A stretch of DNA of 64,000 bases from Eledone cirrhosa (GCA_964016885.1 OZ024745.1:43710001-43774000); one strand, 5' to 3'. Positions 26,787 through 40,200 are shown, numbered from the stretch's first letter. Program-made: numbers and translations. The notes: generated by a model not told the origin, from the letters alone.

Positions 26787-29299
26787 CATTAACAGAGAAA
26801 GCTTTAAGCTATACTCTGACTGGCTTCCATCTCACTCAACAAACATTAGGATATACCTTAGTATAATCCCAATTTTACGTTTGGGGTGCTAACTATATGT
26901 ATTTTGCGGAAGGCCAGTTGTATTATTTTATATGAGACATAATTAAAATATATCTCCCTTTCCAAACAATTGTTTCATTATAAGTTTTCTACAAGTTGGG
27001 AGAATGTGTCCGGGTTATGTAGAAGCCTTCACATACACTAGGTTTCAATATTAAAATTTAAAATGCATTTAAACTGAAGAAATAAATACCGACTAAATTT
27101 TCTTAGTAGTTTTCTCTATAATATAATGAAAATTATGAAATTAAAAAACAGATTTTCTAAAACTTACAGAACGAAAAATATTTAAATATATTTCATATAG
27201 TTTGCAATTTCAAACAATGAAAAATATTAACTATCTCGAATTGAGAAGAAAATGTATATTTGCTGCACATTTTTATCATTAGTACAACTTTTATCTGGAG
27301 AGGAACAACAGATTACCAATGATACAGACGTTAATAATGTGTGATGGACAGGGGGAAGATTGTTGTTTTTTAAAATAATATTTGTTTGTATCAATGATAG
27401 TTCAGTGGGAAAGTTATTTCACAAATTAAGAAAACAATTGTAATATAACCTATTACTTAACAGTGAGAAGATATTAACTGCAAAAATAAAATACTGAATT
27501 TTAATTCAAAGAAAATAAGAATTTAGTAATTTATTTTTGCTGTGAATATCTTCTCACTATTAAGTATTAGATTTTCTTTTCCTTTGAATTAAAATTCAAG
27601 ATGTCAATCCAACTGAAATGAATAACATTTATATTAATACAGGACAACAGATGACAAATCTCAATGACAAATTGGTATGTTCTGCAAGCTAGACAATTTC
27701 TGAAGACGTTTCACCTCTTAGTGGATATTTAAGATCAACTTAGGTGAGCAGAAATAAGCAAGTAATTTTTAATATGTTATCAATATATACATTTAACAAT
27801 TTCTTGACCGAGACAATATCTGAACACATTACATAACACCATCAAAGCAACAAGAAATAGGTTTCAATTAACTTTCATTGAAATATTAATTTCAATGTAA
27901 CAATACCACATAAAGCCTAAAAAGAAAACCTAAGCCTTCAAAAAATTGAAATGGTAACAGAAAGAGACTTTTCTACTACCACATCTACACAGTCTAAAGG
28001 TTACAGAAAGAATATGAAACATGAACACTTGATAATGCTTACATAGGGTAAGGCTTTGAATCAAGTTTGCAAAACAATCAATATTCGTTAGTTAAAAATG
28101 TATCTTCATTTAAGATGAGGAAACCCTGATGTGATTGCTTGGCCTGAAAAAAATAAAAGCCAAATCTCTCACAAACTAACCTATCATCTTAAAGTTGTTG
28201 GATAATGCTGCACAGGGCACATTGTTACTGAAATAAGGAATGGGTGGTTAAAGCAAGCCTTTGATCATAGTTCTGCTTGATAGAGTCAATCTGGGGCTAA
28301 ACAATAATAGTTTTCAATGATGATGTAGGATCGAGTTGGCTGGTGATCTGCCATACTACAAAACACCTAATCCCCAGTACTAGCACTGTGACACCAAAAG
28401 TAAATATAGCGAGAGATGGACAACTACATGGAGTGGAGAGATCTCTAGCCTACAATAGATGATACAACCTCTGCCACAATGGAACACACTCACTACTGTT
28501 CCCTGTTTAAAGTGATGAGTTAACATACCAAGACAACATTGGTGCCATGATAGAATGCACCCAGTACTCTCTGGGTGCATTCTATCATTGTAGTTAGTCA
28601 TCAAATTGAGACAATATAGAGTAGAGAGGACTTCAGTCTTGCTGAGCATATAACAACTTCTTTAGGGCTGGTACCACTACAATCTAAGATGGTTGGTGGG
28701 AAGGTCATCCCGCCAAAGAAACCATGTCAACGATGGAGCATAAAGGCAAGATGAGATCTCTCAATCTGTCAAGTCTTGGACCATCATTGAAAACAGACAT
28801 AAAATGATATTTCTACATCCATTTTCCAAGTTCATTTTTTATCAATTTTCCTGGATTACAGGTAAATCATGAATTTCATGGTTTATAAAATAAATGACAG
28901 TGACCAATTTAATTCCAGTTAAGTGGAATTATTTCACATGTCACCATTTTTCATATAACACAGTTAATTCAAATTGATGGCTTTGTGTCAGCTTGAGGTA
29001 TTGTGGAATGTGATGATAAACTTCTCTTTGATCCACACTAAACTCTGGTATGTTGCAAGGTTTGGTTTTGTTCACCACAATCTTCCTTCCATAAATCAAT
29101 GACCTCTAACAACTCACTTCTATGACAGTCATGCCATCATTCATTCTTCTTTAATATTCTGCATGCCAACATCGCTCACAAGCAGCCTAGACATCTCAAG
29201 CCATTAACAGAGACTTAAAAAAAAACATCCTCAAGTGAAGTTATGACAATCTTATGTCCTTCAACAGCAAAAGACAATATTTACACAAATATCAAGAAA

Positions 29300-29800
29300 A
29301 TATTACACACCACCTATAAATATGAACATGGATCACTTTAATGCTAGGCTGCACCACAGCAAAAACTGGTCTTTCTCATCTGCCTACCAACATTCTACAA
29401 AGCTCAGGTGAAACAATGGAGTACTGCTCCCACATATTGATGGTGCAGCTACTACACACAGAGACATCTTAAACTACATCCAAAAAAAAAAAAAAAAAAA
29501 AAAAAACAGTTGACAGAAGTCTCAGACAAACACCAATTACTCAGACATGCTGTTTCTTCTCACATTGCTTTTCAAGTGGAATGGTAACAATATTAACCTC
29601 ATCAATCCTAGGCAGCCTGCAAAAGCTACCTCCTCTACATTAAACCAACAGAACAAGACAAAAGAAAATGCTCATATTTCCATGTGTTTTTTTTTTTAAG
29701 TTGTGTAAAACAAAGGTGAAGCACCTCTATAATTCAATCAACCTCTTACACAATTTATAAATCTTAAAACATGGTCATTACTAGAACTTGCATTAAATTT
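29300..29800 (+). mobile_element. Decayed CR1-like LINE 3' fragment
   Basis: FYKAQV...MEYCSHI remnant typical of the post-RT region of CR1-group ORF2. Confidence 0.5.
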
Positions 29801-31071
29801 GGACAAATTCTGATCGCTTCCAAAACATGTATTTAAGATTGAAGGAAAGGGCAAGACCAAAAACAAGAGAATAGATATTCTTGAGAGTATCACACAACAT
29901 GCAGTCTTAATCAAACCAAAATATTTTCATAAGACCAGGAAAAGGAAGAAACGAAAATTAAATATTTACACAGTTCTATTTATGTATATAAATATATGTA
30001 TAGAGAGATAGAGAGACAGGGAAGATAGAGAGATAGGGAAGATAGAGAGATAGGGAAGATAGAGAGATAGGGAAGATAGAGAAGATAGAGAAATGAGATG
30101 TTACTAGTTATTGCTGGTACGACCATTATTCAACTTAGTGCTAAATGCTGAATACTCAAGGAAAATAAAGTGGATTTTATAGGTTAGAATGCCCGATGGT
30201 CAAGTTTAAACAATTTCAATGGTAAAATGAGACTTTATTTACATTAACAGTACCACAAACTCATAAAATACAATTCTGATTAGTGAGCAGCCAAATAAAC
30301 ACTAGCTGACCCTTAGCATCCACTTCCATAAAAATAACCCTAACTACACCAACTATATGACTGCTTTATTCAATTCCATTTTATTTGCCTAATTTTTAGG
30401 TTTACTTGTCACTTTGCCCTTCACTTCTCCAATGTATCTCCTTCCCCACTTATCAATCAATGTACTACTCCACCTCCAATGAAATGGACTTGGCTGATTC
30501 ATTGCCCATTTTGCCATCAAAATGGTTTAAACTTGACCGGTAAGCATTTTATTCTATAATATATATTTAGATGTTCAAAATTTTCTTCAAAAACTGTATG
30601 GAATTGTTGAGAGCCCTATGATGGTACCCAGCTTATAAACTTACAATATACAGTGAGTGAAACCAAGACTTATACACCACAAGGGGAATCTCTATGAATG
30701 AATATACATGCATCAACATTGTGTGTGCATGCCAACAGCTCTTTATAGTGAGTGGTCTATGGTGCAAGCCTGGGCACATTTGTATAGAAATATTGGGTTC
30801 TAAAGTCTTAAAGCATTTCTCATTGTATATGATAAAAAAAAAAATAATTATAAAGCACTTACTGTTGGGAAGAACATTTTTTTAAACACCACAATAAAGA
30901 TACCACAATACTTTCTATAAGATAAGCATAGGATCTGGTATTTCACACACTCAGGTATTACTGTTCATTTACAATGTGGAAAGGAATTAACATTTAAGTT
31001 TCTATCTCCCTTCCTTTAAATTTACAGAGCATCATATAAAACTAACATTATTACTACCACTACTACTGCCG

Positions 31072-31107
<36 letters not shown>

Positions 31108-31530
31108 GGTGCGGGCATGGCTGTGCAGTTAAGTTCACTTTGCAACCATATGGTTTAAGGTTTAATCCCACAACGTGGCACCTTGGGCAAGCTACTTCTA
31201 CTATAGCCTTGGAATGACCAATGTCATGTGATAGAACTTGGTAGGTGGAAACTGTAAGAAAGCCTGTTATGTGTGAGGGTGAGAGTGTGTGGTGCGATAT
31301 TGTTTAAAGCAAACAGTGACATTTGTTTATGCCATACATTTAAGAAACAAATGTCCTACAGCTTAGGGTTCAATGAAGATCATCAGTACATAACATACTG
31401 GAAATTAAAGTATGGGTTGATATCAGGAAGCACATCTGACTGTAGATAAACTGCCTCAAAAACATCTCATTCTACCCATGCCAGAATGGAAAAGAAATAC
31501 GTAAAAATGATAATGATGATAATGATGTTG
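31108..31530 (+). mobile_element. tRNA-headed SINE with an RTE-like 3' tail
   Basis: Head ggtgcgggcatggctgtgcagttaag...ggtttaatccc...caccttgggcaag; tail ctacccatgccagaatggaaa...acgtaaaaatgataatgatg resembles the RTE 3' end. Confidence 0.7.
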
Positions 31531-32344
31531 ATGGTGGTGGTGGTGGTAGATTTGTTGAATGTCTTTCTTAATCATAACATTAGAAAAAGGAAAAGGATAT
31601 AGATTTAGAGACAAAATTGCAAACTAAATTTAAAATTATAAAATATATATAAAAGTCTTTAAAAATATCTATTATACTAAAATAAATGAAAGCATAATTT
31701 TCATATGTTTATTCCAGTAAAAAGGTAATATTTCTCTAAATATTTTCATCATATGCCAGATGTAGTTGAACAAGATTCGTGTGGATCTAAAGATAATGCT
31801 ATGCATTTTTTTCTTTTTGCTTTAAAACAAAGAAAAATGTTTAAAGTTAAATGGGAAATGAGGTAAAATTTGAAAAGAATTAAATCTAAGAAAATGAAAA
31901 ATCTTTATAAGAAATGTCTAATCTTTGCTTAAGAATAAAAAAAATTATGACATCTTGCAAAATGAAAGCATGTCAGTGCCAGAGATAACATAATGCAGCA
32001 TTATCTTTTGGAGAAGGCAGAACTATTTATATTACTGTGACAGCATTGGACAATGATATCATCAGTGCAAGAAGGAAGGATTTTTGGACTATAATAAAAT
32101 TCAAAATAAGCAAATTTCTCTCTGCTCAGGGACCAATATGAATTGTAAGATATAAAGGCCCGCTGAAAACTAGAACATAAACCAAGCAGCTAGGATTGCA
32201 TTGAGTTATTTTACTAAAAATTAAGAAAAAAAAAATGAATCATGCAACAAAAAATTAAAAGAAAAAAAAGAATGAAAAGGTTAAGAAAGCTTGGTGTGTG
32301 GCAGTGGCAGCCACAGGTAACAAGAAAACCAGAGAGTTGGTTAC

Positions 32345-32359
32345 CTTCCCATCAGAGTT
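32345..32359 (-). CDS. zip: Candidate 15-nt microexon (NSDGK) between switch II and the relay helix
   Basis: tttttctttgccttctactctgctgcag acceptor, AAG/gtaacc donor, phase 0/0, ~73-nt AG-free zone, UGC motifs near the 3' splice site, UGCAUG ~100 nt downstream. Confidence 0.6.
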
Positions 32360-32706
32360 CTGCAGCAGAGTAGAAGGCAAAGAAAAATTTAAAGAAAATA
32401 TAAAATAAATTTCAGTAAGAAAAGGGGAATGAAACTTGATATGAAAAGGGCTTGAAGATTAAGTCACAGATTGCTGCGCTTATGGGTTGAAATAGGATTG
32501 TTCTCGGTAGAAGGCTAACCTTTTTCAAACAACATATTTTGAATACCCTAGCCCTCCATAAACATGAAAACTACAAAAAAATATATTTCAGATTAGACAA
32601 AACTTCAGCAACTTCCATTCTCATTTGAAAAAAAAAAATAATAAATAAGTGTTTACTATCTCTATGATAATTAAATTATAAAGCTTCATAGATATTATTG
32701 TAGGCA

Positions 32707-33300
32707 TATGAGGGTTAATCATTAATTAGCCACAATTAGCACCAAAATTGTTTGCATGGGCACACTACAGTGCATGTTTGAAATTGGAACATCAAATTAT
32801 TACATTAAACATGGCTGCACTGTTTTCTCAAATGTAAAGCAACAGGAGTCGATCATCTGTTACCATCACCATCATCACAATACACTTATAATCCACCACC
32901 AATCCAATCGCTAGATAAATTAGTTGCATGTACATCACAGCAAGATATCTCCCTCTCATCTCTACAATGCAGGTTTGAACATGAAATGTAATGGGAAGAT
33001 CTGTTGTGGGAGCCACTACTCACTTGGATATTATTTGCCACTTCATCAACAGTTACATATCTGTTCAATAGAACCAAATCTCAGACTCGTTCAATATTGT
33101 AATCAGTACTGAACATGATTAGGCAACCAGCTCCTTTTTGATATGTGATACTTATGTGACCATGTTTGAATTTTTCAATTGTCTGCAGTCAGTCCATAGT
33201 GGCAAATTATTCCCATATTGTGCTGGAAGACCATTGATGCATTTCAGTCCTGGTATACCTTCAGCCCACAGAAAATGGATTACTTTTACTTGTATAATAC
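32707..33300 (-). mobile_element. Internally deleted mariner remnant
   Basis: tatgagggt TIR-like end; remnants VTVDEVANNIQVSSGS (HTH region) and IVM..VTDD (IVTGDE-like). Confidence 0.6.
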
Positions 33301-33787
33301 TATGTATTATTTAATGCTCTTTGTAATATTTGGGTTCTTACATTCTAGTTTAATAAACAAATTAGTGGGAATGAAATATTTAAAGGATTATATCAACAAT
33401 CTTTAATTCACCCAAATGTGCAGCAACCTGGACATTTGTGTAGTTAATTTCTTCAATAAGTGATTATCACAAACTGATTAATCAATAATTGGGAAACAAA
33501 TAGAAAATAGGTCAAATTTACTTCCACCAGAAACTTAGTTTGTAACTATTTTACTTCATGTGAAAAAGACTTCAAAGTAAGCAAAAGAGAAGGTTATTCA
33601 TCCAATATAATTTTATGAAAGAACATTAAACTGAAAACTCTTTCAGTTGCTTTTAAAGATGCTGAAATGAAAGTTACAGTGAAAAAGGGAGTTGCTAATG
33701 TTACATAGGAAAAGTTCATGTTAAATTGATTAACATTGATGTCTATTACTATTGGAAGGTTTAGATGGGGACTGTAGGGAGTCATGC

Positions 33788-33866
<79 letters not shown>

Positions 33867-36283
33867 GAGAAAGAAAATTTAAGCAAAATTAGTATCCAGC
33901 AGAAACCATGACTGCAATAAAAATCTTTTTTAAAAAGCTTGTTATCTGAATAGTCTTAAGGATTCTACAGAATATAGAATATTGAAAATATGTTTGTTTC
34001 TTGTGAAAACAGCTTTTATACAAGGCTAAGCGACGTATTTCAAACATTAAATATAAAAAATAACAATATTGAAACATTACCATAGAAATATCTAATTAGA
34101 CTTTTTTTTTTTATTCAATGTTTGAGTTGCATTACTTTATAGTCTATTTAAAAAATGTTTTCTAAATATTCCACAATGCTTAAAGCAAATTACAACACTA
34201 TTTCTTTCTGCATAATGAGAAAAAGCAACTGCACAAAAACTCAAATGAACAGATAGTAATTTATCTGATAGCAATAGAAGTAAAAAGTGTAAATACATAT
34301 TTATGCAATGCATATTCTTCAGAAAATGTTAAACTAAAATAATTTACCCTTATAGTTAAATTTCAATAAGAAACAAAATAAGTTAAATCTTTTTTATTTA
34401 TTTCGAGAGTTTTTGCATTTCCCCGAGAAATTTAAGATAAAATGTAAGACTATAGTTGTTTAGTAAAATACTAAATATTTTTAAAATATCGTTATATTAC
34501 CAAATTTAATACACATCAATTTAAAAACAAATCCCAAAAAATGTTGTTTTCTAATCATTCCTAAGAGTGGAAATTATGTTAATGACAACCCATCCCAGCT
34601 AATAAAAACCATTGTATTCCAAATAACCTTTAGAAAATAAAGTTTGAACTGGGAGTAGAGTCAAATATTACCAAGAAATTAGCACACCTTAAAAAACAGG
34701 CTACACTTCAAAACTAGTAAAGCTAATCAGATATATAAACTTTTAACACATTCATAAGTACAAAAGGGAAAAAAAAAAAAAAAAGATAAAAAGATAAAGT
34801 TCTTTCTCGGAACATTTTCTCATTCATTTCCATCTTCAATTTTAAGTATAAATCATATGCTTCAATAATGTATAAATATCAACTATAAGAGAGTAATAGA
34901 TGTCTGAGCTTTTGCGATCAACAAACAGGCTTTTAATTGAATTCCCATAGAAGGATCATCTTATAGCAAATATATTCAATAGAAGATGAAACAATGACAG
35001 TTTACCTAATTATAAACTTGGCACATTAAATGAAATAATACCTACATACTATTGGATGTTATCATAGGGAAATTAGCAAATATGTACAAGAGAATATAAA
35101 TATCACAGAGAATGAAATACACACAAAATTTGAAGTTCTGTTTGGTGTGATTAAAATTATCTTTTAAAATGATTCTTCATGCATTAACATCTTTTTAGTC
35201 TATGCCTGATTTTACAACTATTTTCATTTATTAATGTAAAGTTTATGGTTCAATGTCCTTCCCAATACTAATCAATCAACTATGGTAAATAAGAAAAAAA
35301 AATTATGTAGCTTGTTTTACAGAACATTACAATGCATTTAGCAAAATTATAACCAAGGACATTTGAGTGACAAATTTAAACTTTAATGCATCCTTCGTGC
35401 AGAGATTTGTTTTTTATTAATATACATTTAATTAGACATTTAGTACTGAAATAACTAAGCAAACATTTACAAGTAACCAACCCAAGACTTTAAACTGACA
35501 TGATTTTATATAAAATTTCATTGCAGTAGGTGTTACAACTTTACAGCTATTATGTTTTGTGTTGAAACTTACAAGGCTCATAACTCTCTAGCATTTATAG
35601 TTGATAACAGGTGTCTCCACCATTTCATATTTTAGTGTAATGAAAGCATTCAACTAAAGTATACTTGCACCAACAAAATGTAAATGTACAAATTTTCAAA
35701 TACCACCCACTCATGATATTGTGGAAAATTAGATGTAAAATAGTAATCACACATACACAATATGTTTAAAGACTGAAACAGTACAAGATGAAACCTGCTT
35801 ACATTGTGGAAACAGCTAAATATAAGCCACCCGAAAACATTATCACTGAGCAGCATCTGTATTTGTGTATCACAGTAAACGTCTAGTGTCCTAACTGTGC
35901 AATGTTTTGCAAGTCCAAATTATTCCCACATCACAGACAGCAGTACAGCCACATCTGCCCTAAAAGTAAGGGACTTTCAAAGATTTATCGTTCTTTGTAA
36001 GTCTACTTTAAGTCTATTTTGTAGTTTCTACTGGTGCTGAGTAAATTTCTAGTAGGTTCCTTAGACAATATGTGATTATATTTCATGCAAGAGGAAATCT
36101 TTATCAATATTGAATAAACAAAAGTTTCTGCTCAGTAAATAAATTCTTCAAACATGGTTTTGTTCAGTCAGAATCAATGACACCGATACCATTAGTATTA
36201 CTTGAAAATAAAATTTAACATTAATTTGTAAAATTTAAATAGTAAAGAGAAACCAGAAATCAAATAAAGAAAAAAAATTTCAC

Positions 36284-36436
36284 CTTGAAAATTTCAAATC
36301 CAGCTATATCCAAAATACCAATGAAAGAGGCACCTTGGCGTTTAGTCCGGTCCAATGATTTGTTGATGCGTGTGACTAGCCATTTGAACATGCGTTCATA
36401 GCAGGCTTTAGAGATTGCTTCAACTGAAAATTCAAC
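36284..36436 (-). CDS. zip: NMHC exon: [21 protein letters not shown]...[12 protein letters not shown] (switch II)
   Basis: 153 nt, cag / gtgaaa, ends phase 0. Confidence 0.96.
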
Positions 36437-36676
36437 CTGTCAAAAGAGAAGATATAAACGTTTAATATTAAAAAATACAGTTCTAAATATATTTAATATG
36501 AAACTACTTACATAAGATTACTGTAGTAAGACAGTCGTAATTAAACATTTTAACAAGTGTGTGTGTGTGTGGGGGAGGGGGGGGGGGGGGTTAAAAAAAA
36601 GCTTGCATGAATAAGTCTGTAGAATATGAATTAAAAATAGGGGGCACACAGGACAAAGACTATGTAAAAAACTACG

Positions 36677-36838
36677 GAAAGATGGACAGTGTCATCTCCT
36701 CAGTCAACCTCTGGAAATCACTACAGTACACAGTGGGACATGTGAATTATGTCCCACTGTGAACAGTATCAACTTTCATGTACTGAAACCATAATGATTT
36801 CCAAAGATTGACTGAGGAGATGGGATTGTCTGTCTTTC
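36677..36838. repeat. Foldback element: 46-bp imperfect arms enclosing a perfect 13-bp hairpin
   Basis: gaaagatggacagtgtcatctcctcagtcaacc... pairs with ...ttgactgaggagatgggattgtctgtctttc; inner cacagtgggacat/atgtcccactgtg at 36729-36761. Confidence 0.8.
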
Positions 36839-37229
36839 TGTTGTGTTTGCCATTGTCGTTGTTCTATTTTGAATATATATATATCATCATCATCAACGTT
36901 TAACGTCCGTGTTCCACGCTTGCATGGGTTTGGACGGGGGTAGTCCCACTTGAGGCAAGAGTGATTGTCTTGCTCGCATAGGACTGTCTGGCAGGTTTTC
37001 TACAGTTGGATGCCCTTCCTAACACCAACCACATTTACAGTGTGGGTCTGGGAGGTTTTTACTGTGTTGCCTTCACGGCCACATTACAGCGTGGACTGTG
37101 TGTTTTTTTGTCGTGACACCTACACGATCTCATTTGTTTCGGCCTGGATGGCGCGGCACCAACATAACTTTACATAGAACGGGGTGGTGTGGATGGGGTG
37201 GGGGTGGTGGCGGGACGGGGTGTATTTTG

Positions 37230-40200
37230 TTAGAGATGCCTACTGGCAAGGCGGGTCTTCTCTGTTACTGAGTACCGCCAAAGGTCACGGTCCAGTGACA
37301 TTGTCTTGGAGAGGTGTAAGTGTGTGAGGTCGGAGTTTATCAGCTCATCCCATGTTTTTCTAGGTCTGCCTATTCCGTGGCTACCGTCTATCTTTATTGC
37401 CCTGCACTTTGTAATACAGCTATCGACTTTCATGCGCATCACGTGTCCATACCAACGCAGCCTTCTCTCGAGTAAACAACATCTGATCCCTCTTATCTCT
37501 AATTTTTTCCTTAGTTCGTTTATGCTTTGCCGTTCACGTATATTACTGTTACACATCCAGCGGAGCATGCAAGCTTCGTTCCTCTCTAGTCTGCGTATAT
37601 CCTCTGCACACAATGCCCAGGTCTCACTACCATGCAACATTGCTGTTCGTATGCAGGCATCGTACAACCTGCCTTTCATTTTTAGGGAGAACCCTTTAGC
37701 AGCTAATAGTGGTATAAGCTCTCTGAACTTTTTCCAACCAGTTCTGACTCTAGCTACAGTACTTTCAGAGCACCCTCCCCCACTGCTGATTTTATCGCCC
37801 AGGTAACGGAAGCTGTCCACTATTTCTATAGAACCCTCTGCGCAATTGAAAGAGCTAGTATTTTGTGGGCACTTGCTGCTACTTATTGCACCAGAACACC
37901 GGCCACATGTAAAGTCTATGTTCTTAGTTAGCTTACCTGTGATCCCACTACATCTTTTATGCACCCATACTTTGCATTTAGGACATAAGATGGAGTTTCT
38001 ACCTACGCCTTTCCTACATGCCAAGCACGACCATTTCCCAGAAGGGACCGCCGCCTTGTTTTCTTTCCTACAAACTAGAACTTTGGTCTTAGCCAGGTTA
38101 ATTTTAAGTCCTTTTGACTCTAGGCCGTGCTTCCATGTTTGGAATTTCTTCTCTAGCTCGGCCATTGATTCCGCTATGAGTGTCAGGTCGTCTGCGTATA
38201 GGAGTTCCCATGGGCAGCCTGTCTTGAACTCCTCTGTTATAGCCTGAAGGGCAATAATAAATAGTAGGGGGCTGAGAACAGAGCCCTGATGGACGCCAAC
38301 TTTTACGCTAAACTCTTCACTATATTCGTTGTTAATTCTAACCTTGCTGACTGTTTCTTTATACATGGCTTGTATAGCCCTCACAAGCCATTCGTCAACG
38401 CCTAGTTTTCTAAGAGCCCACCAGATAATGGAGCGGGGGACTCTGTCGAAGGCTTTCTCCAGGTCGACAAAAGCTAAGTAGAGGGGTTTACCTTTAGCTA
38501 GGTACTTCTCCTGTAGTTGTCGTACTATGAAAAGAGCGTCTGTGGTGCTTTTGCCTGACACAAACCCGAACTGCATTTCATCTAGATCAATTCTCTCTCT
38601 GATTAGTTGCGCTATTACTTTTTCCGTGACCTTCATGACCTGGTCGATTAATTTAATGCCTCTATAGTTTCTCCTATCTAGGGCGTCTCCTTTACCCTTA
38701 TAACAGTTAACGATGATGCTGCTATGCCAGTCCTTCGGAACAACCCCATTCTGTACGACTTGGTTAACTATGCGGGTGACCATGGTGTGTCCCACCGTGC
38801 CAGATGCCTTCAGCATCTCAGCAACTATTTCCGAAGGCCCAGCCGCCTTACCAGTCTTCATATCCTTGATTGCCTTACTTATTATACTCCCCTCGACTAA
38901 CACTGCTGGTCCCTCTATCGGGTCGATATGGGGGAGACTGTCTTTCTCCCATTTATTCTCCTCATTTAGTAGCCTTTCATAGTGACACTTCCAAGCTACC
39001 TTTTTATCAGTGTCGGTGATGGCAAGTATGCCATCATCGTTAAGTACACACTTCTCCCCGACAATATCACGGTTTTCCTTGACGCATTGCCTGGCAATCC
39101 TGAACACCTCACGTTTTTGGTCATCGCGTTGTAGAACATGCTTGAACTTTCTTTCCTCAGCTTCCCTTCTTGCTAAGTACACTTCTCTCCTAGCTTCCCT
39201 CCTGGCCACTTGATAGTCTACTCTACTTCCCCCATCCCGCCATACTTTCCAAGCCTGCCTTTTGGCCTTAATTGACCCCTCCACCCTACTGTTCCACCAC
39301 CATGTTACTCTCCTCCTGCCTACAGGCCTGCTCCAGCCACAGACTTCGTCTGTCGCCAACAGCAGGTTTGCTTTCAGAAATTTCCACTGTCCCTCTATAT
39401 TGTCCGATTCTAGATGCTCTTCCTTACTGTCGAAAGCATCAAGTAATATGCTTTGAAATTTATTTCTGGCTGTGGGGTCCTTTAGTTTCCATATTTTCCT
39501 CCTGAGGATAGTCCTCTTCTGCTGTCGGGTACGTCTCGTCCTGACTATGAGGTCGCTAATTATCAGTCTATGTTGGGAGGTGCATTCTTCATGGGGGAGG
39601 GATTTAGTGTTTACAACAGACACTCTGTCACGTCTTCTGGTAAGGATATAATCTACCTGGCTTGTGTGTTCCCCGGATCTATAGGTGATCAGGTGATTGT
39701 CACGTTTTTTGAAGTTAGTGTTACAGATAGTTAGGTTATTTGCATCACAGTATTCCAGGATTCTGGAGCCTTCCTCATTTCTAGTACCAAACCCATAGCC
39801 TCCATGGATTTCGCCGTAGCCGTCACAATGTTGTCCAACGTGACCATTTAGGTCGCCTGCAATAATTATATAGTCACTGTCAGATATTTGGGAGGTAGTT
39901 AGCAACAGTGTCTCATAGAATCTGTCTTTTATAGTGCCGGGCAGTCCGGATTGGGGTGCGTACGCAGATATTACTGTCACCGTAGTTCTATTGAGGACAA
40001 GTCTTATTTTCATTATTCTGTCGTTCACTCTATTTACGTCTATTATCTTATCTGCCCACTTTTCTGCTACCATGATTCCTACTCCACCCAGCCCATCGTC
40101 GTTTCCCACCCAGAAAAGCTTATAACATCGTTTTTTACCCTCAATGAATCTAGCAGACCCACCCCTCCACCTGGTCTCTTGAATACAACAAACATCGACC

